64,000 bases of DNA from Auanema rhodensis (lineage: Eukaryota; Animalia; Nematoda), in NCBI GenBank assembly GCA_964057225.1, contig OZ059895.1, forward strand, positions 6,262,001 through 6,326,000, given 5' to 3'. The notes below the pieces were generated by a model. It saw only the letters and a program-made list of their open reading frames with translations. It searched no databases and was not told where the DNA came from. Made by a program: the position numbers and the translations under genes. Shown piece after piece: positions 12,001 to 26,640 of this stretch (its first letter is position 1; each line of letters begins with the position of its first letter).

Positions 12001-13874
12001 TTTAATTGAAATTCTCTTTTAGGGCATTTTGGTCGAACGGTTTTCAATTGATAGCTCTTCTCGTTGTATTATTTTCGTACAAGAACGAGTAACAGCTTTT
12101 ATTTTATGTTCTTACTTAAATTCAATTAGATTATTAGGCGGAAAAGATGATTTCGGTTATGTTATAAGTGAGTTAGAGTTCGTTTTCTTTATATTTTTTA
12201 TTTATTTTTTAAGGTGCCAGAACAGAAGGCGACACCAAAAATTTTGGCCAGACTTTAAAGGATCAAGATAGAGTATTAAAAGCTTTTAATAATGGAGATA
12301 AAAAGGTTTATATTAAGAAGAAGACTTTTTAAAAATAATACCTTTAGTGTATTGTTTCAACATCTGTCTTAGATGAAGGTCTTGATGTAAGAGCATGTAA
12401 TTTAATTATTAAGTATAACTGTAGTTCAACAGCTGTTAGTAGAATCCAAAAATCTGGTAATATTAAGATATCTATCTTTACTCTAAGTCTATTTAGGTCG
12501 TGCTCGTGCTTTTAACAGTAAATCATATCTACTATGCTTGGACCGCAGTACTGCTAATAATGAATATGATGCTATTGTAGCTGAAAAAACAATGAATGAA
12601 GCTTTGAAAAAAATATATGAAGCGGGTCCTATGGCATTGGAACGAGCTGTATGTTTATTCTCAATGTTGAAAAGTTTGTTCGTTCTTTTTAAGGTTCGAA
12701 GTCGAATGGAACATAATTCCCAACTTCTTGAGAACGACAAAAAAATTTTAGAAGAAAAAAAGAAACATCTTCAGTTGGAAGAGTACGTCTCCTAAATTGT
12801 TTAGTCTTTTTATAAAATTAATCAATAATATACAAAAAGTATATATTGTTTCAGGTACGATGTCTGCTGTGAACGGGAGCATTTTATCTGTAGTAGTATG
12901 GCGATTCGCCAGATTAACAACAACCACGTAGCTGTAGATATAAACATCTGGGATCGTATAAAAATTGAAGTCAAAGAGTTGAAGAAGGTACAATATCATT
13001 TTCTCATTTCTCTCTTCTTTATTCTAGTGAATAGCTTTGCTATTCATCATTGCTCACGTGTTATATCCCGAATGTTTGTGGGTATCAGGCCTGATGTTAA
13101 TTGATGTTTTCTCTCATCACCTGAGCTTTTGATTCCTTGTTCATTTGTCTCAGCTGTTTGCTTTGCAGGGACATCGTGATATGGATTACAGTATGTATAC
13201 AGTTGGAAGAGCAACATGTATGGGGAACAAGGGAGATGCTTGTGGTGTTGAATTAGGGAAAATTATTCGTTTTAGGTAAATGAGCTTGGATTTCATTTTT
13301 TTGATAGCTTGTTTGTTTCATACTTATATGTTTAGTGGTGTTTATCTGCCAACTTTACGTGTGGGAAAATTAGTATTTCGCAAAGTTCTACACGAAGGCT
13401 CACGAGATATACAGAACATTGTGAAAAGGAAATGGGATGCAATCGGTGAACTCTTCATCATAAACCCTGCCATTGAATCAGATTTAGTAAGCAATTGATA
13501 CTTCCGTTCTTATTTATAAAATTAATTTACTCCTTTTAACTTATCAAATGTTATAAACTGCTTTAGACAGTTATGTTACGCGCGATTTCTGAATCTGAAG
13601 ATCAGTGTGATAAACAACAGAATTTGGATCACATGTGTGAAAGACTCCGAATGATTATGTTGCGTACAGAAGAACAGAAACGCCGAGAAATGGTAAGTCT
13701 AACTTAGTTTTACCAAACATTTTATGGTTTTAGGAAGATTTAAAAGCTCGTGCTAATCGAAAACTGAGGGATTGGATACCAACACGAGAAGGATATGGAG
13801 CAACAGCTCTCAGCGCAGAATCTAGCCCGAATATCAGTAGATCCAATTCTAGAAATAATTCTGAAGGAGAATAA
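9019..13874 (+). CDS. drh-3: Dicer-related RIG-I-like DExD/H helicase DRH-3
   Basis: The spliced product contains LRPYQDEL, APTGSGKTEVA (motif I), RVVMLVPKVPLVNQQK, MTPQILLNML, FDEVHHC (II), KPQIIGLTAS (III), STSVLDEGLDV, QKSGRARA (VI) and a C-terminal Zn-binding RIG-I CTD (GDACGVELG...GVYLPTL). The GKTEVA/VPKxPLVxQQK/EKPQIIGLTASL wording matches my recollection of C. elegans DRH-3 rather than DRH-1. Confidence 0.9.
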
Positions 13875-16800
13875 AAAAACTTTTTCAAATCTTTGGCTAA
13901 GTTTGTAATTTTTTCATACAACTTAGCCAATTAGTTTCATATATGTGTTTAGCTTTAATAATTTCATGTTTTAATTAATCCCTTGCCAAAAGATATTTTG
14001 CTTGAAAGCAAATCACTATAATCTGTTGTGAAAATCTCCAGAGGTACACTGGAATTACTTATGAAGTTTACCATTGAATGTCTTGTTATTTTCTTCGTTT
14101 ACAGATAATATGAAGATTGCAACTGCAGTTGCTCCGCGGAGAAAGGTCCATTAGAGTTCACTGCAGCTAAGGACATATTTCAAATTTTTATTTATAATGT
14201 AATAAATTAGTTTTTGTTCTTAGTGTATGTTCTTTTTTCTGTTTTAGACTTCATATATGACAGAACTACCCTTTCGCAAGAGATTAATTAACGAAATTTC
14301 CGTTTATATTATTAAGGTCCTAAAAAGCACAGCAACTTAGCTATTCCCAAATCAAATTTTTTGCCGCCGCTTTTTCATTTTGTTAAACACCCACGCATGA
14401 TGCAGCTGTACACAGGATATAGCTAGGCATGAATTCAAAATAATTCTTTTTTTCTTTGTTTCGTATAGTTTTTATAGGAATTTCTAATTTCAAATGATAG
14501 GTATAGTGTTCAATAATTATTTCAAAACTACATCAGTTTAAGCCTCCCACCCCCTTCCCTCTTCAATCCTTTCTTTCCGCTTATTTTTAAGATCATTTAT
14601 AAATCTAGTGTAATATAAGTAAAAGCTTCATTAAAAAAGTACGCGTGATTGCTAACAAGAGCAAGTTTCCTCTTTGTGATTAATCTGAACCTCTTTTTTG
14701 TGAATTACTATTTCTTTGCCTGATTTCATCGTTTTCCTATATCACATTAGAATGTTTTTTTCTTCCTTCTGTGTACCATAGAACAATGATTCAGTTCATA
14801 GTAGGAGACACACGTGTTTTTAAGGCAGATGCTTACGTCATTGAGGCAGTTTGTAGCTATTCAAACAAAATTTGGAAACGCAAATCTTCAAATGCTTCCT
14901 GTTTGTGTATTTAAATTAAAAAGAAAAACCATACCACAACTGACCGATTCGATCTATTTCACTTTATTAAGTAAATTTGAATAAATTGAATAGGCAGGTA
15001 TAGCTTACAGCATAAAATGTTTATTAAAATATGATTTTCATTAACAAATATTTGCTAATTTAAGTATTATTTCTTTATTTATATGATCATACTTTGAAGT
15101 CAATTTCTTTTTTGTTGTGTTTTTATTTGATATTTCTCCTTAAAAGTTGGGAAATGCTTAAGAAACAAAAAAATAAAATATATGAGCATGTTCCAGACGC
15201 ACATGTATCGTTTCATATTTGGTCATTGTTTCTCATAATTGTCATGTAATATATATTGAATCAAGCAAATAATATATGGTCAAATAGGCTTGTAATGTTT
15301 TTTGTATGTTCAAATATGATGATGACGATAATGGTGATGATGATGTTAAAGTCATACATGTGTGTTTCTCGTAATATAGCATGCTGAATGGACGAAATTC
15401 GACATCATGTCTGATTCTCATATCATTAACTGATATTGTACTGCTTAAACCGGTTTTCTTACTTGCTTACTTCATAGCTCTGCCTCTTCATATGCTTAAT
15501 GTCTGTGAACACCGTACTGGAACACCAGTATGCTGTATCGTGTTGTGGCATGCAACGTGATTCTGGCCAATGGAACGTGGTACACGTTGTTACTCGCAAG
15601 TACAGGTTATGAGGGTCTAGCCACTACCGGCAAACTAGCAACTGCTGACGTTGTGTTTCAAAAGAAGTATTTAAGTAAGCTGTAAGTTTCAATTTGTTCA
15701 TCAGCACTGTCAATGAATGTTCCTTCTTTGAAGCCATTGAACTGTTTTAAAAGCGTCACATAGTACAATTAGACTTTGTTTGAATCTCTACATGTGTATA
15801 ACCTCAACATTGAGCTTATCAAGGTCTGTAAAAGCTTTGATATGCTAAGCTGTTCAACGATTCTTTCGCTGCATTCCATATTCTTTCTTGGCTAATCATT
15901 ATTTTTGAATTCATTGTTCTTCTTCTAACTCAAAACTTGCAAATTCTGTTCAAAGCATATTAGGTTAATTCTCATAAAATATTTTTCTTTCTTTTATTAT
16001 TTGTTATTTTTACTGATATATAATTCTATTTAAACACACAATTTGTGTCCCTTCTTTCTCTTTTTGACTTGTTGCAGCTCAATAATCCTCGTTTTGCTGA
16101 ATCAGTTTCTATTACATATACCAATTCAACATTTATTTGCTTCACTACCTCTGCTAAACGTGGGGGAGGATTTTAACAACGAAGAGCAACGTCGATTTCG
16201 CTAACGTCGAGGTTGTTGCTCCATTCTGAACCATACACCCACGAGCGGGTTTGAAGGGGTCACATCAACTTCCGGTATTTTAAAAATTCATATGATGAAG
16301 CTTAATAGAATCACATAAGTAAGCTCCAACTTTTGTTTTTTTTTCATTAAAAATTTTAAGTTAACAGTTCTGTTTAACTAGAAACAGGTCTTTTCAATAA
16401 CTGATTTATCAATTATTTTCAATTTTATTCACTTTTCTACCCTCAAATAAGCATTTTACTCCTGATTTTCCTTAAAAGGAAATGACTTATTGAATCGTTT
16501 TTGTATCATTTCTCGGGTAGCTGCCAACTACTTTGCCGAAACAAGTTAGTGGTGTCCCAGTTCTGTTTAGAATCTTCTCTAACATCCAGTTTGAAGACGA
16601 CAGTACGTGTTTGGCATAAGTTGTACATAAGTTTCAACAAACGCTGATGCTTCAACACCTGTATTTAAAGTTGGCTTGTTGTTGCCCTTGTGTACCATTA
16701 TTCGTCGGACAATTATTTAAAATATTCCTACAGTTCTATCATAATTAATACTATTTCCTCTTAGAAATTCATTATTTAAATCTTATTATGAAAGATTTAA

Positions 16801-16962
16801 CCGCTTTTCATATTTGAATTCATCCGTTTTCCGCTGATTGCAATTGGTTTTCTGTTCTTTTCACGTTTTTACTCACGTTTTGTTGTGAGACAAGCTCTCA
16901 AGAGGCTGAGTTAAATTATATCGAAAAGGCTTTCAAACAGAGAAAGATGAGCTAGAAGTATT

Positions 16963-17028
<66 letters not shown>
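16963..17028. repeat. (GA)n microsatellite
   Basis: ~30 GA units seen directly. Confidence 0.95.
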
Positions 17029-17032
<4 letters not shown>

Positions 17033-18169
17033 CAGATGACAACAACTTTCGTGTTCCTACAATCTTTTGCTCAGCTGTTAAAAGAGATCAAGATCATTTC
17101 TTTTTTTTTAAAGTATTTGTCTCCATCTCTAGTTTCTATTTCACCTTATTTCTGATTCTCATATTTACTTCCTGGTGGATAGTTCAGAAGACCATCTCAT
17201 CCTTATCACCAAATTCACAAACATGTGCATGGTAGTGGATGTAACCATCAATCCATCTAATTTTCACAATTTATCTAAGAAATATATATAAATCTATATG
17301 ATTTATAAATGAATAAAAGAATTGTTGTAATGTATAGCTAAGCATAACCAACCATTTATTGCTTCAGGCGTTAAAAGCAGCATGACAGAATAGAGCATTG
17401 CACCAGTTGTTTTCATTAAATAACTTGTCTACTCTAAATGAAATAGCTTTATTTTGTTTGCATGTTGTTACTTCTAACTGTTTCTTTAGCTTTTTTTTGT
17501 CAAAAGCTCTATATCCTCTTACTCGCAGAGAGAGAGAGAACATGCTTCGATTTGAAGGCAACATTCTTTATTGGAAACTTGTCGATCTTTGCAGCTTTTT
17601 ATTCAAATTCTATTTACTTAATAGTTCAAATATTTTATGTTCAACTATATTCATATAGTTATATTATTGTTTATAAAGTTAAACACAATCCTCTTATAGT
17701 TAATTGATTATGATACTATATGTTCCTCCATCTGTTTTCAAATTCTGAAAAACTTGTAAAGTTCCAGCAAGTTCAAGCAAGTTCCAGCAAGTTATTTCAA
17801 TAGTTATTATCTTTTTTAACTATATATAATATCTAATTATATCCTCTTCTTACAGTTACTATACAAATTATTTTAATATATTCTTTACAAAAAAACGTAA
17901 AGGACTTTTCTTATACATAGTATAAGCTTAAAACTGAATACTAATAAAGCATTTTAGGATTTCTTTTCTCCTCTTTTATGTCCATTTCCATGTCTATTAT
18001 GATACCTTAAGGTTGTAACATAACAACAAGGTTCTAAAGCGTAGGTTGATTTCTCGTATGGTTTCGTCATAAGTTGGCTTGAAATCAACTTGTTGTACAC
18101 AGAATGTTTCTATTTTATTTAACCTGAACTCGATTTAGAATACATTTCGCCTGTTTTATTGTAAATTTC

Positions 18170-18170
18170 T

Positions 18171-18229
<59 letters not shown>
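18170..18229. repeat. Poly-C run followed by a (CT)n microsatellite
   Basis: Seen directly. Confidence 0.95.
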
Positions 18230-18232
<3 letters not shown>

Positions 18233-19763
18233 CTCCGTTTTCCTTCAATCGAAAGAGAGACTCAGCTGCGCCGATTGTCTGATAGGAAGTATCTGAGTTA
18301 ATTCCTTTGGGACTATTTTCTATAAACGAAACTTTCCATGAGAAAAGGAAGAGATTGAGGGAAATAAGGATGAATGGAGTAGCAGAAACGTATAAGCATC
18401 TCTGCAACGTGTGTGTTGTCAACACTAGATTGAGAAGATTTGAAGGGACAACACACATCCATACATGCTTATACACACATATACACGAATTCTGATGTCT
18501 TATTCCGTTCCTTCCTGAATGTCTGAATGTGAATGTTCATTAGCTTTGAAGGTTAAGCAGTAAAATTGAAGTTTTTGTGGACAATCGTTAACAAACAGAG
18601 TTTATTATAGATTAAGTACATTCATTTATATGTTCTTAACTATATTATGAATCTTAAAACATATATCTATATTCATATTTATAATAAATAAAATCCAAAT
18701 ATGATATAGTTAATATAAACTTTCAATATTAATTAACTTTTTACTTTTTTTGGCCTTTAAACAACTAATGAGACTAATTATTTTTTCTTTTTTAAAGAAA
18801 TAGATACTACTAATCACATATTTTGCTATTTGTCCTTTCATTCATTTATTTATTTATATATATATCTATCTTGTTAACTATATCTTATTATATCTTAGTA
18901 TAGTTATATATAAATCTATATTTCAGATTTTCAATCAACATCAGCAGCTTCTATTAGTAACTTTCAGTTTTAAAATATTCAATTCAATAATCCTTTTAAG
19001 ACAAAAATAATGTTTTTATAATTATAATTAAGTAATATTATATTATTATACTATTATTTTGTTAGTTTATATCTGAATATTCATAGTAAATTTCACAATA
19101 TTTCTAAAATTCCAAGAAAATGCTAATCAAAACTGTTTGAATACCCGTTTTAAGCATGTTGCAACCTAATGCTTTTCGATCATTTTGACAGAAAGAAGCA
19201 GAGAGGACGGAAAGAAAAAAAGGTTTTGTCTCCGTGTCTGTGTGTATGGTGCAAGAGAAAGAGGAAATGAAAATAAATTGTTGATTATTTTGATTTGAAA
19301 ATGTTTTTTTTCTCAAAATAACTCTATGAGTTTTCATTAAACAATATAAAAATATGAGATACAAGTAAAGAAAAATCAGATGAAATAGGGGACAAAGATT
19401 CATTTGAAGAGAAGGTGTGTGTGTGAGAGAGAAAGAGAAAGAGAGAGAGGGAGGTAAAAGGTAAAAACAGAAAGAGAGAGAGAGAAGAATGATGTGAAAG
19501 AATAGCTAAAAACTACTGGATGATTTGATGTAAATCATTCGGGTGCACTCAAGTTTTGCATCACACTTCATCTGCTACATTTTGGATTCGTTTTTTCCAT
19601 AAAATGTTGAAATGGAGTAAGAAAGGTTGATGAGCAAAACGATGAATTTAATTTATTTTAATGGCACATAATTTGAATTTATTGAGACTGCATTTGGTCA
19701 TTGAAAACCAAACTTATAAGAGGATATATAGTCTGGAAAAAAGTAATAGGTTATTGAAACAAT

Positions 19764-19826
<63 letters not shown>

Positions 19827-19850
19827 AAGAGAAAGAGAGAAATAGAGAGA
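19764..19850. repeat. Imperfect (GA)n microsatellite
   Basis: Seen directly. Further GA/CT tracts lie at ~19425-19486, 20203-20241, 20940-20973, 22978-23023, 26144-26192, 26661-26680, 28287-28366 and 53826-53860. Confidence 0.95.
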
Positions 19851-20198
19851 AACTGATGAAAGAGAGATAGCACTAGACCACACATAGTAAGCTATAGAAC
19901 AGCTGCTTCTTTAGTTTCTATCTCTCACATTCTTTCTATTTTTGAGCAAAAGCAGGAGTGATAGGAAGCTATTAGAATTTGATCAAAACGCACTTTAATT
20001 CTTTGAATTCCAGAAGATATTAGAGATGATATTTTTGATATTTGAGGTAATAGATTCACAACAATTATTCAAAATCAGTGTTTCCGTTTTTATTTTAAAA
20101 ATTGAGATTAAAGAAGTTTCCAGATAATCATTGTGTGTATCATCATCAGATTTGTCATATATACATACATTCTCAGCTTTTGATTCACCTTTGTTACC

Positions 20199-20249
<51 letters not shown>

Positions 20250-20936
20250 ATTCCCTTTTTCATCTTTATACTGCTATCATCTCTATTTAGCTCTGCTAAT
20301 GAGATTGGCATCTTCTTACTGTATTCAACGCTTTTTGAATAACATGAGGAATTAAACAGCATAATTGACTTAAATTGCCCTTACTAAGTTAGATTTTGTT
20401 CACTTTCAATATAATTTTTCACACTCATTTGCCTTATTTCCGTTTTTCCCTGGTGGTCTCTCTCTCTCTTTTTCTATTCTTATTTCTACATCTGTATATT
20501 CAATCTCATTAGCCTCTCCCCCCCCCCCTCCGTTCTCCCCTTTAACCATATCTAATTCCACGTAATATGGAATTTAAATGAACTTTACTTTAAAGTACTT
20601 TCACTTCTGAAATTTTATTTTTTTTTAAATTCAAAATATTCAGGAGATTGTTCTTCAAGATTCACACCACTCCCCTCTCTCTCTCAACCCCATCCTCTTT
20701 ACCTATACTATCCATGTGGTGGCAATTATTTAACCGAGGATTGTCCTTTTATTTCATCTTCCATTAAGTATTCTTTACGTAATTCTTGCAAATGTAATGG
20801 AGAGATGAATGCGATTAGAGAGAGTGAACAAACCTTCTAGACCTCGTGGCAATTTTCTATTTAGATAATCAAGTTTTTGTGGGATGTCATTTATGCCAGA
20901 AGACGAAAACCAATGTTCGACACAGTTAACATAACG

Positions 20937-20975
<39 letters not shown>

Positions 20976-22973
20976 AAAAACTGTGTTCTTGCATTACAAT
21001 TTTTGCATCATCTATTCCAGTACTGGTCATGTACTTTTATTCCAATCTTTGTTCTTATAGCGAATTTCCTTACCCCCCCCCCCCCGTTCTTCTGCACCTC
21101 TCCACCCAATTGGCCTGGTGTTACATCCTTTTATAATTTATAATATTTTCTTTTGTATCAATTATTATTACAACATATACTACTCTTATATATATATTTT
21201 TTTTTAAATATTACATACAGTATACTTAAATATATTAAAAGATATTTCAAGAATTTATATCTAATTTTGTAAAAATTAAATTAAAAATGAAAAAAGAATG
21301 ATAAAAGAAGAAGAAGAAGGAAGATATTAGAAATGTATAATGTTCCTTTTGTATTTATTTCTTTTCTTTTTTTCAATTCTACAACTTCATTCGTCGTTGT
21401 AAATGTGTGAGATAAGTGATCAAAGCGCAGACACGAAACTGCTGCTGATTCAAAGCATTTTTCAGTTAAAATTGTACAAAATCAACGACATTTATATAAA
21501 AATATATAACTATATGTATAATTAGTTAAGTTTAAAAACTTATTATTATCATTAATATTTGGTTAATTATTTAATTATTTCTGGAATAATAATGACATCA
21601 TACTTGATTTCTAAGTTTTGTAGATGACGTGATCCAAAATGTTTGGAAAACATCTCAGAGATGAGTTCGTATGGGGCATTTAAGAGCAAAAGCATGTGCA
21701 AAGCCTTTGAGCTGATTTATTGCAAGCATGATGCAAGCATTGCTCGTATCTACATCTTAACCATATCTATTTATGCATATATAGTTAGAAGTTACTAGGT
21801 TTTGTGATGCTTTCTTGATCAAGTTAGACCTGTCAATGTTGTTGAAAGCTATTACTTGACACACGAAGTAGTAGTCTGCTGATAAGCTAATATTGATGTG
21901 TAAGCAATATTATGGATATGTAAGAGAAGTAGTTAAGAAGATGTTTTATGCTTTCTCATGAGCATATTCCTCTCTACACATGAGATATTTGCTTCGTTAG
22001 TTGTTCTACTTCTGAAGCTTTGACCTTAAACGAGGAAAAACCTTTATATATATATATATATATACTTTTAACTATATATAGTTGAATGATCACAGCATAA
22101 AGTACTCTTTCAACACTTCCTAACCTTCGCCTTACTCCTCCTACCCCCCCCCCCTTATTTCACATTTCCAGCCACCCAACTTTAGCAAATCAATTGACCC
22201 TTCTAGCATTGTGATCTTTGAATTTTGTCGCTATGAACTAACGAATGAGAAAGGTTCTGGTATACCACGTGGTGACTTGAGCCTTAAAATGGCAATGAAC
22301 GCTGTAGTGTATCCAGAGTAAACATAACGCTGATGATGTGACGCATTGTCATCATCATCATCATCATCTTGCAACTTCTTCAAACTTGAGAAGATTTCAG
22401 ATATGAAATAAAACAGTAGAATGATATAAGTTGAATTCAAATTGAAGTTATCTTATCTCTATTCACATATTGTACCTAGTTTCGATTCATTTATCGGCTA
22501 TAATTGATGTATGTAAGAAACCATATAACTAAGGAATTGGCTTCAAATTTCATTAAATCATTTTATATATAATAATAGATTTTTAACTATACACTAATAA
22601 TTTATTTGAAGTTGACTAGCTTCACACAACACAAGAGCTTCCAATATTGTACTTCAATTTATGAATTTTCAATTTATCACCTAAACTAATCTAGTTTCCT
22701 TTCTTCTTCCTTTTTTTTTCTTTTTTTTTAATCTTTCTGATATGTATTAACTATTCTATTTATTACATTTTTCTTTGTTTTTTTTTTATGTTTTATTTCA
22801 ATTTTCGCACCTGATTCGCCTTTCAACGTGTGTGGCGACAAGCTTCCGACGTTCTACTGATTTCATTCTGCCACATAATTTCCTTTCAATGTTTATTCCT
22901 ATGCTCACATGCACACACGTATGTGTCAAACTTGATTCCACAGACTTTTTGAAACAAATCTTCAAAATTCTCT

Positions 22974-23015
<42 letters not shown>

Positions 23016-23583
23016 CTCTCTCTCTATATATATATTTCTTTCTTTTTATCTTCAAAATTATCAATAATTCTTAATATTTTTAATTTTTCAGAATTGAATG
23101 CTACCATGTGGTCAGACATATACTATTTGAAAATTATTTTTATCTTCAGGATAATACTCTTCATTCATTCAATTCCATCATTATTTCTTCATTTAAGTCA
23201 ACAATAGTGAAAACTAAGTTTCAAAGCAAAGTCAATATATAGATTTGACTGACATCTAAAGAGATATTCTTCAATTAATAGATATATATATAGTTAGTAT
23301 ATAGTTAGTATATTCTAATAATACTTTTGTTTAATTCATATATAGAATAAGCTGACGAAAAGTTTTTTTTTTCAAAATCATTCAAGAGTCTATGGTCATT
23401 CTATATGGCCGTTGCTCGTTGTAGCCCTCCTTAAGAGGTACAACAACGACGACAGGCTTCAGAAAACCACAAGAATTTATGGATTCAACATTTCTATTTT
23501 GAAATAAATTCAAAAGCTTTATTGGGCCAGCCTACAGAAAATCTTCCAATTTCTCACGTTGTTCTTGTGTTGTGCTGAGGGAT

Positions 23584-26500
23584 TGACGTCAACAAGCTCA
23601 GCGTAAAAGTCCCGCAGCTTATTAAACTTTGTAGCATTTAGCTTGATAGTTGTCCAGTTGGCATAATTAACAAAAATATATCTATTAAAACTATAAATTA
23701 AGATTGAATATATGAAATATTTGAAAAAAAAAAGAAAGAAAATAAAATATATTCAGTGATTTTCAACTTATGATGATGATGATGATGTGATGATGGCGAG
23801 AATAATGACGATGATGATGATGATGAGGATGCTTTATGTGTGATGTCATGATCATCAGGTCAATTCTATTTTGCGTAGGATTCTTCTCACGATCATCAGA
23901 TCATTTAGAATTGTCAAAATAGATTTTAAACTGTTCTAAGATCAAGATATAGAAATATCATACACATCTTCTAATGTTGATCAGTAGTAGAAGATAAATC
24001 ATTCAAATTTTCAGCTGATTTTTGAATATTCTTTGAATTGAATGAATATATCTAATGAGCTCTTATTATACTATACATATAGTTAAGAAACAATAAATGA
24101 TAAAGTTTAAGTCTATTTTGTATTTCAAATTCGTCCAAATATTCTTTTCTTTGTTTTTGATTTTTACAAAAATTTTTGATCGAATATTCTTTTTTAAAAC
24201 TGTTCATCATTCTATCAAGTCAGCCGAATGGGTGTGGGCTGAAAGGAAAAGGGATGATGGGCCTGAGGGCTGTAGGTTTTTGTGAAAGGAAAGAGAAAAA
24301 GGGGGCAGAGGTGATGATGTACATCATAACAAACTTTTGATAGACATTGCTCTTTGTCATATTAGTATTACAACATATAAATGACATAGTTAGACGAAGA
24401 AGTAGAGCATTTCATCAAAATTCGCATATGTTTTTCCATCCTTTAAGCTGAATCTTAATGATGAGCTTGAAAGCTTAAAGATGAGCTTGAAGAACAACTT
24501 CTTCACAAATGTTTTGATCTTTTCGGCCAAAAGTTGTCTATTGCTGGAGGATAGGATAAGACGTGTTTAGCTTCACTGCTTGTGGGTTCAGCTTTGAACT
24601 CCTCTACCCACTTGTGCTCATTATCACATTCACACGGTAAAATGGAAATAATGATTGTTAGATCATATATTTTCATTCAACGAAGACTTAGCTCCCCCCT
24701 CTTGTTGAGTGGTTAGAGTTTTCCCTATGTGGGTCTTCGAATCTGCAATGAATCCTCCGACGTCTGCGTTAATTTCAATAGAGCAACTGATCTACTTCTG
24801 ATGACGTAAATACTAACACATTGAATCAGAAAAGTAATTTCAGTGTTTTTCTTGCTCTCTGTATTATTGCACGTCTTCTGCATCTGAAAAGAAGATGCAA
24901 TAGCTATTGTCACATCATGTGGGCTGTTGCCTGCGGACGTCATCAGAACAACATAAGTGGTTGATGTACTGCGTGTGTTTCAAGTTTTTTATCAATCTCT
25001 CTTTTCTCTTTATTTGTACAAATTGATCATTTTCCAAAATAGCATATGCTTTCAAGTAGTTGATACTTACTGTGTGTAATACGACAACAACTGTCTAGAA
25101 TTAAGCATCATATGTTTGATCATTGAAACAAAAAGGAATTGGAAAAGAAATTAAAAGAAATAAAAGCAATTAATTATGCTAATTACACAAATATTTATAT
25201 GTAATTGATATTCTTTTTAACGAACTTGTTCAAGAAATATTGCTCAAATCGCAAATTCAATGAAAGTTCTAGGATGTCATCATGATGGCTGATTTTCAAT
25301 TTAAACAATTTATATGTTATTAAGTTATCAATTACATATAATTAGTAAATATTAATATTGATGAATCATTTGAATTTACGTGAAATGTTACATGAAGCGT
25401 GGAGTTGTTTATGTTTTTTTTTTAAATTTATCTCTCTATCTCTCTATGTTTCTCCCTCTATGTTTCTCTTTATTTAAAAAAAAACTCATTTAGATTTATA
25501 TTTTTCATTGAAATAACTTGTATTTTCAAATCTTCTTAAAGAATTTATTTCAAAAAATGATGATGAAATAAGTAAAATTGAACTCTTAGTAATCATTTAA
25601 CATATCTGTCATTCACATTAACTAGAAAAGAACAACGAAATGTTGATGAACTTCGATCCATTTGTACTCATAATCATCTGAAATTTTCATTTTTTTTCGT
25701 CTTCTTCGGCAAATAAACTGAAACAATTTGTCAAAATCTTTATTATATGAATATAATTATTATAATTTATATGAAAAAAGGTTAAAGTATTTATCTTTTG
25801 AATGCAAAATATAAGAAGAATATAATCTGCTCTCTATACGTATATACATATTGGTCATGTTGTTCTCTTGAAAATCGGACAATCTGACGTCATTGGAGTA
25901 GTTCAATCCAATAGTTCATGTATTTCTTTTTTTCTTTTTTTTTTAAATTTTAATTAATATTTTAATTTGGAGATACTCAATCAATAAAATATATTATTGT
26001 TATTATAGAATAATACTGTATGAATATGGTGTGAGAGTTTAAAAGCTTAATAAGTCAAAAGATTAGAATTGATAATGATGATTCAAAAATTTATATTTAT
26101 TATATCTTATGGAATAATACAGTAATCATGTTTGTCATCATCACTCTCTCTCTCTCTCTTTCTTTCTCTTTCTCTCTCTCTCTTTCTCTCTCTTTGTCCT
26201 ATTTCTGTTTCAGTTTTCTATATTTAACATCTCACGGGCAGTCATCACACTGATCAGGCTTGTCGTTTACATATCATGAATCTTCTACATGCAGGTTTCT
26301 AATCTCTATTGGCTTTGTCCCAATTACAATGACGTCATATCCTGTCTGGTCATGTTTTTTTTAGATTCGTCAAACTCACACACACATATATACACATAAA
26401 ACTGTCCTTATCTAGTAGTCATGTGCTATGTCAACGTGACTGTCTTCATTCATCGTCTGTCCAGCACTTCAGATGATTAGCTGACGATGTTGTGCAGTGA

Positions 26501-26640
26501 TGTGTGTGTGTGTGTATGTTGTGTATACGTGTGTTCAAATTCTATTTCTAGTTTGAGATAACTATTTAAATCATTACTCCCCCTACTGAAGATACCCGCC
26601 TTCGTTTTCCAATCCTCTACATGATTGATGACGTCATCAA
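23584..26640. promoter_or_regulatory. Cluster of four perfect CRE palindromes (TGACGTCA) upstream of nlp-8
   Basis: TGACGTCA occurs at 23584, 25885, 26330 and 26629. The last sits inside the 16-bp palindrome TTGATGACGTCATCAA (26625-26640). Confidence 0.55.

Noticed and set aside
15360-15660. GC-richer patch with small hairpins and a ~30-codon minus-strand ORF
   Set aside because: It has no splice signals or recognisable product and is more likely enhancer sequence.
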